In this document: in pieces, positions 63,667 to 64,000 of the stretch | Position numbering within the stretch: the first letter of the stretch is position 1 | Layout of the letters: each line of letters opens with the position of its first letter | DNA from: Porphyridium purpureum | Lineage: Eukaryota | Reading direction: 5' to 3' | Assembly: GCA_008690995.1 (NCBI GenBank) | Contig: VRMN01000003.1 | Span: forward strand, 806,001-870,000 | Length of the DNA stretch: 64,000 bases | Position numbers and translations under genes: made by a program | The notes under the pieces: generated by a model | Told to the model about the DNA's origin: nothing | Database searches by the model: none | The model's input: the letters and a program-made list of their open reading frames with translations, nothing else

Positions 63667-64000
63667 ATGGCGCGGTCTGTGAGTCTGAAGCGCGTGCAGC
63701 GGCTGTTTGTCAAGGAGATCGAGAGCGAGGCGCGCGTGCTGGAGTCTTATGCGGACGCGGACAACAGCGCGCGCAGGCCGAGATGGAATCTGGCCGAGAA
63801 GCCGCAGAAGGTGCAGGAGATGCACGCATACATGGTGACGAACAATGCGCCCCGTCAGGGACCCAATGGGAAAAGTGCGTCGGGCATGTTTGGAACACAG
63901 GCGCTTATTGAGAAGCAGAAGATGCGCACATACTATGGTAATATGCGCGATTTCAAGTTTAAGCGTTTGGTTCGACAGGCTCGCGAAAGTGGCGGCACCA
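63667..64000 (+). CDS. Bacterial-type ribosomal protein uS4 (probably nuclear-encoded mitochondrial S4); partial, runs off the window end
   Basis: Manual translation: MARSVSLKRVQRLF...SGMFGTQALIEKQKMRTYYGNMRDFKFKRLVRQARESGGT, resembling the uS4 motif L.EKQK.R..YG.....F......A....G.T. Confidence 0.72.
   Translation, partial: MARSVSLKRVQRLFVKEIESEARVLESYADADNSARRPRWNLAEKPQKVQEMHAYMVTNNAPRQGPNGKSASGMFGTQALIEKQKMRTYYGNMRDFKFKRLVRQARESGGT

Noticed and set aside
1..64000. tRNA/rRNA genes, transposase or reverse transcriptase ORFs, prokaryotic defence systems
   Set aside because: None recognised by eye; tRNAscan-SE, Infernal and RepeatMasker would be needed to exclude them formally.

Overview
Gene-dense, almost intron-free eukaryotic nuclear DNA with about 27 protein-coding genes. 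Only one spliceosomal intron was found (in RPL5). The gene set includes plastid-transit-peptide-like N-termini, an HCF107-like HAT protein, a FAX/TMEM14 protein, a cytosolic-type glucan phosphorylase, a TPS/TPP-like fusion and a CAD/URA2-type fusion. This suggests a unicellular red alga (Porphyridium-like); that assignment is inference, not a database result. Housekeeping genes include a P5B ATPase, UXS, RPS13, RPL5, PYROXD1, SMC3, PGLP, PET100, CAD/URA2, phosphorylase, JMJD4, SHMT and a partial uS4. Most interesting observations: (1) a PI3K-family lipid kinase with a DEP-like domain between its helical and catalytic regions; (2) a TPS-TPP-like protein with rewired synthase motifs and a D->E phosphatase motif, directly upstream of a free HAD phosphatase and in the same window as a membrane-anchored GH36 alpha-galactosidase, which may reflect (iso)floridoside turnover; (3) further apparent pseudo-enzymes (ABHD10-like without the nucleophile Ser, CAD with a dead DHOase domain); (4) an intergenic GTACAGT(G) motif that recurs in tandem and inverted pairs; (5) orphan proteins with recognisable linear motifs (PP1-docking PNUTS-like; KEN+D-box). 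No tRNA, rRNA, CRISPR array or intact transposon was recognised.
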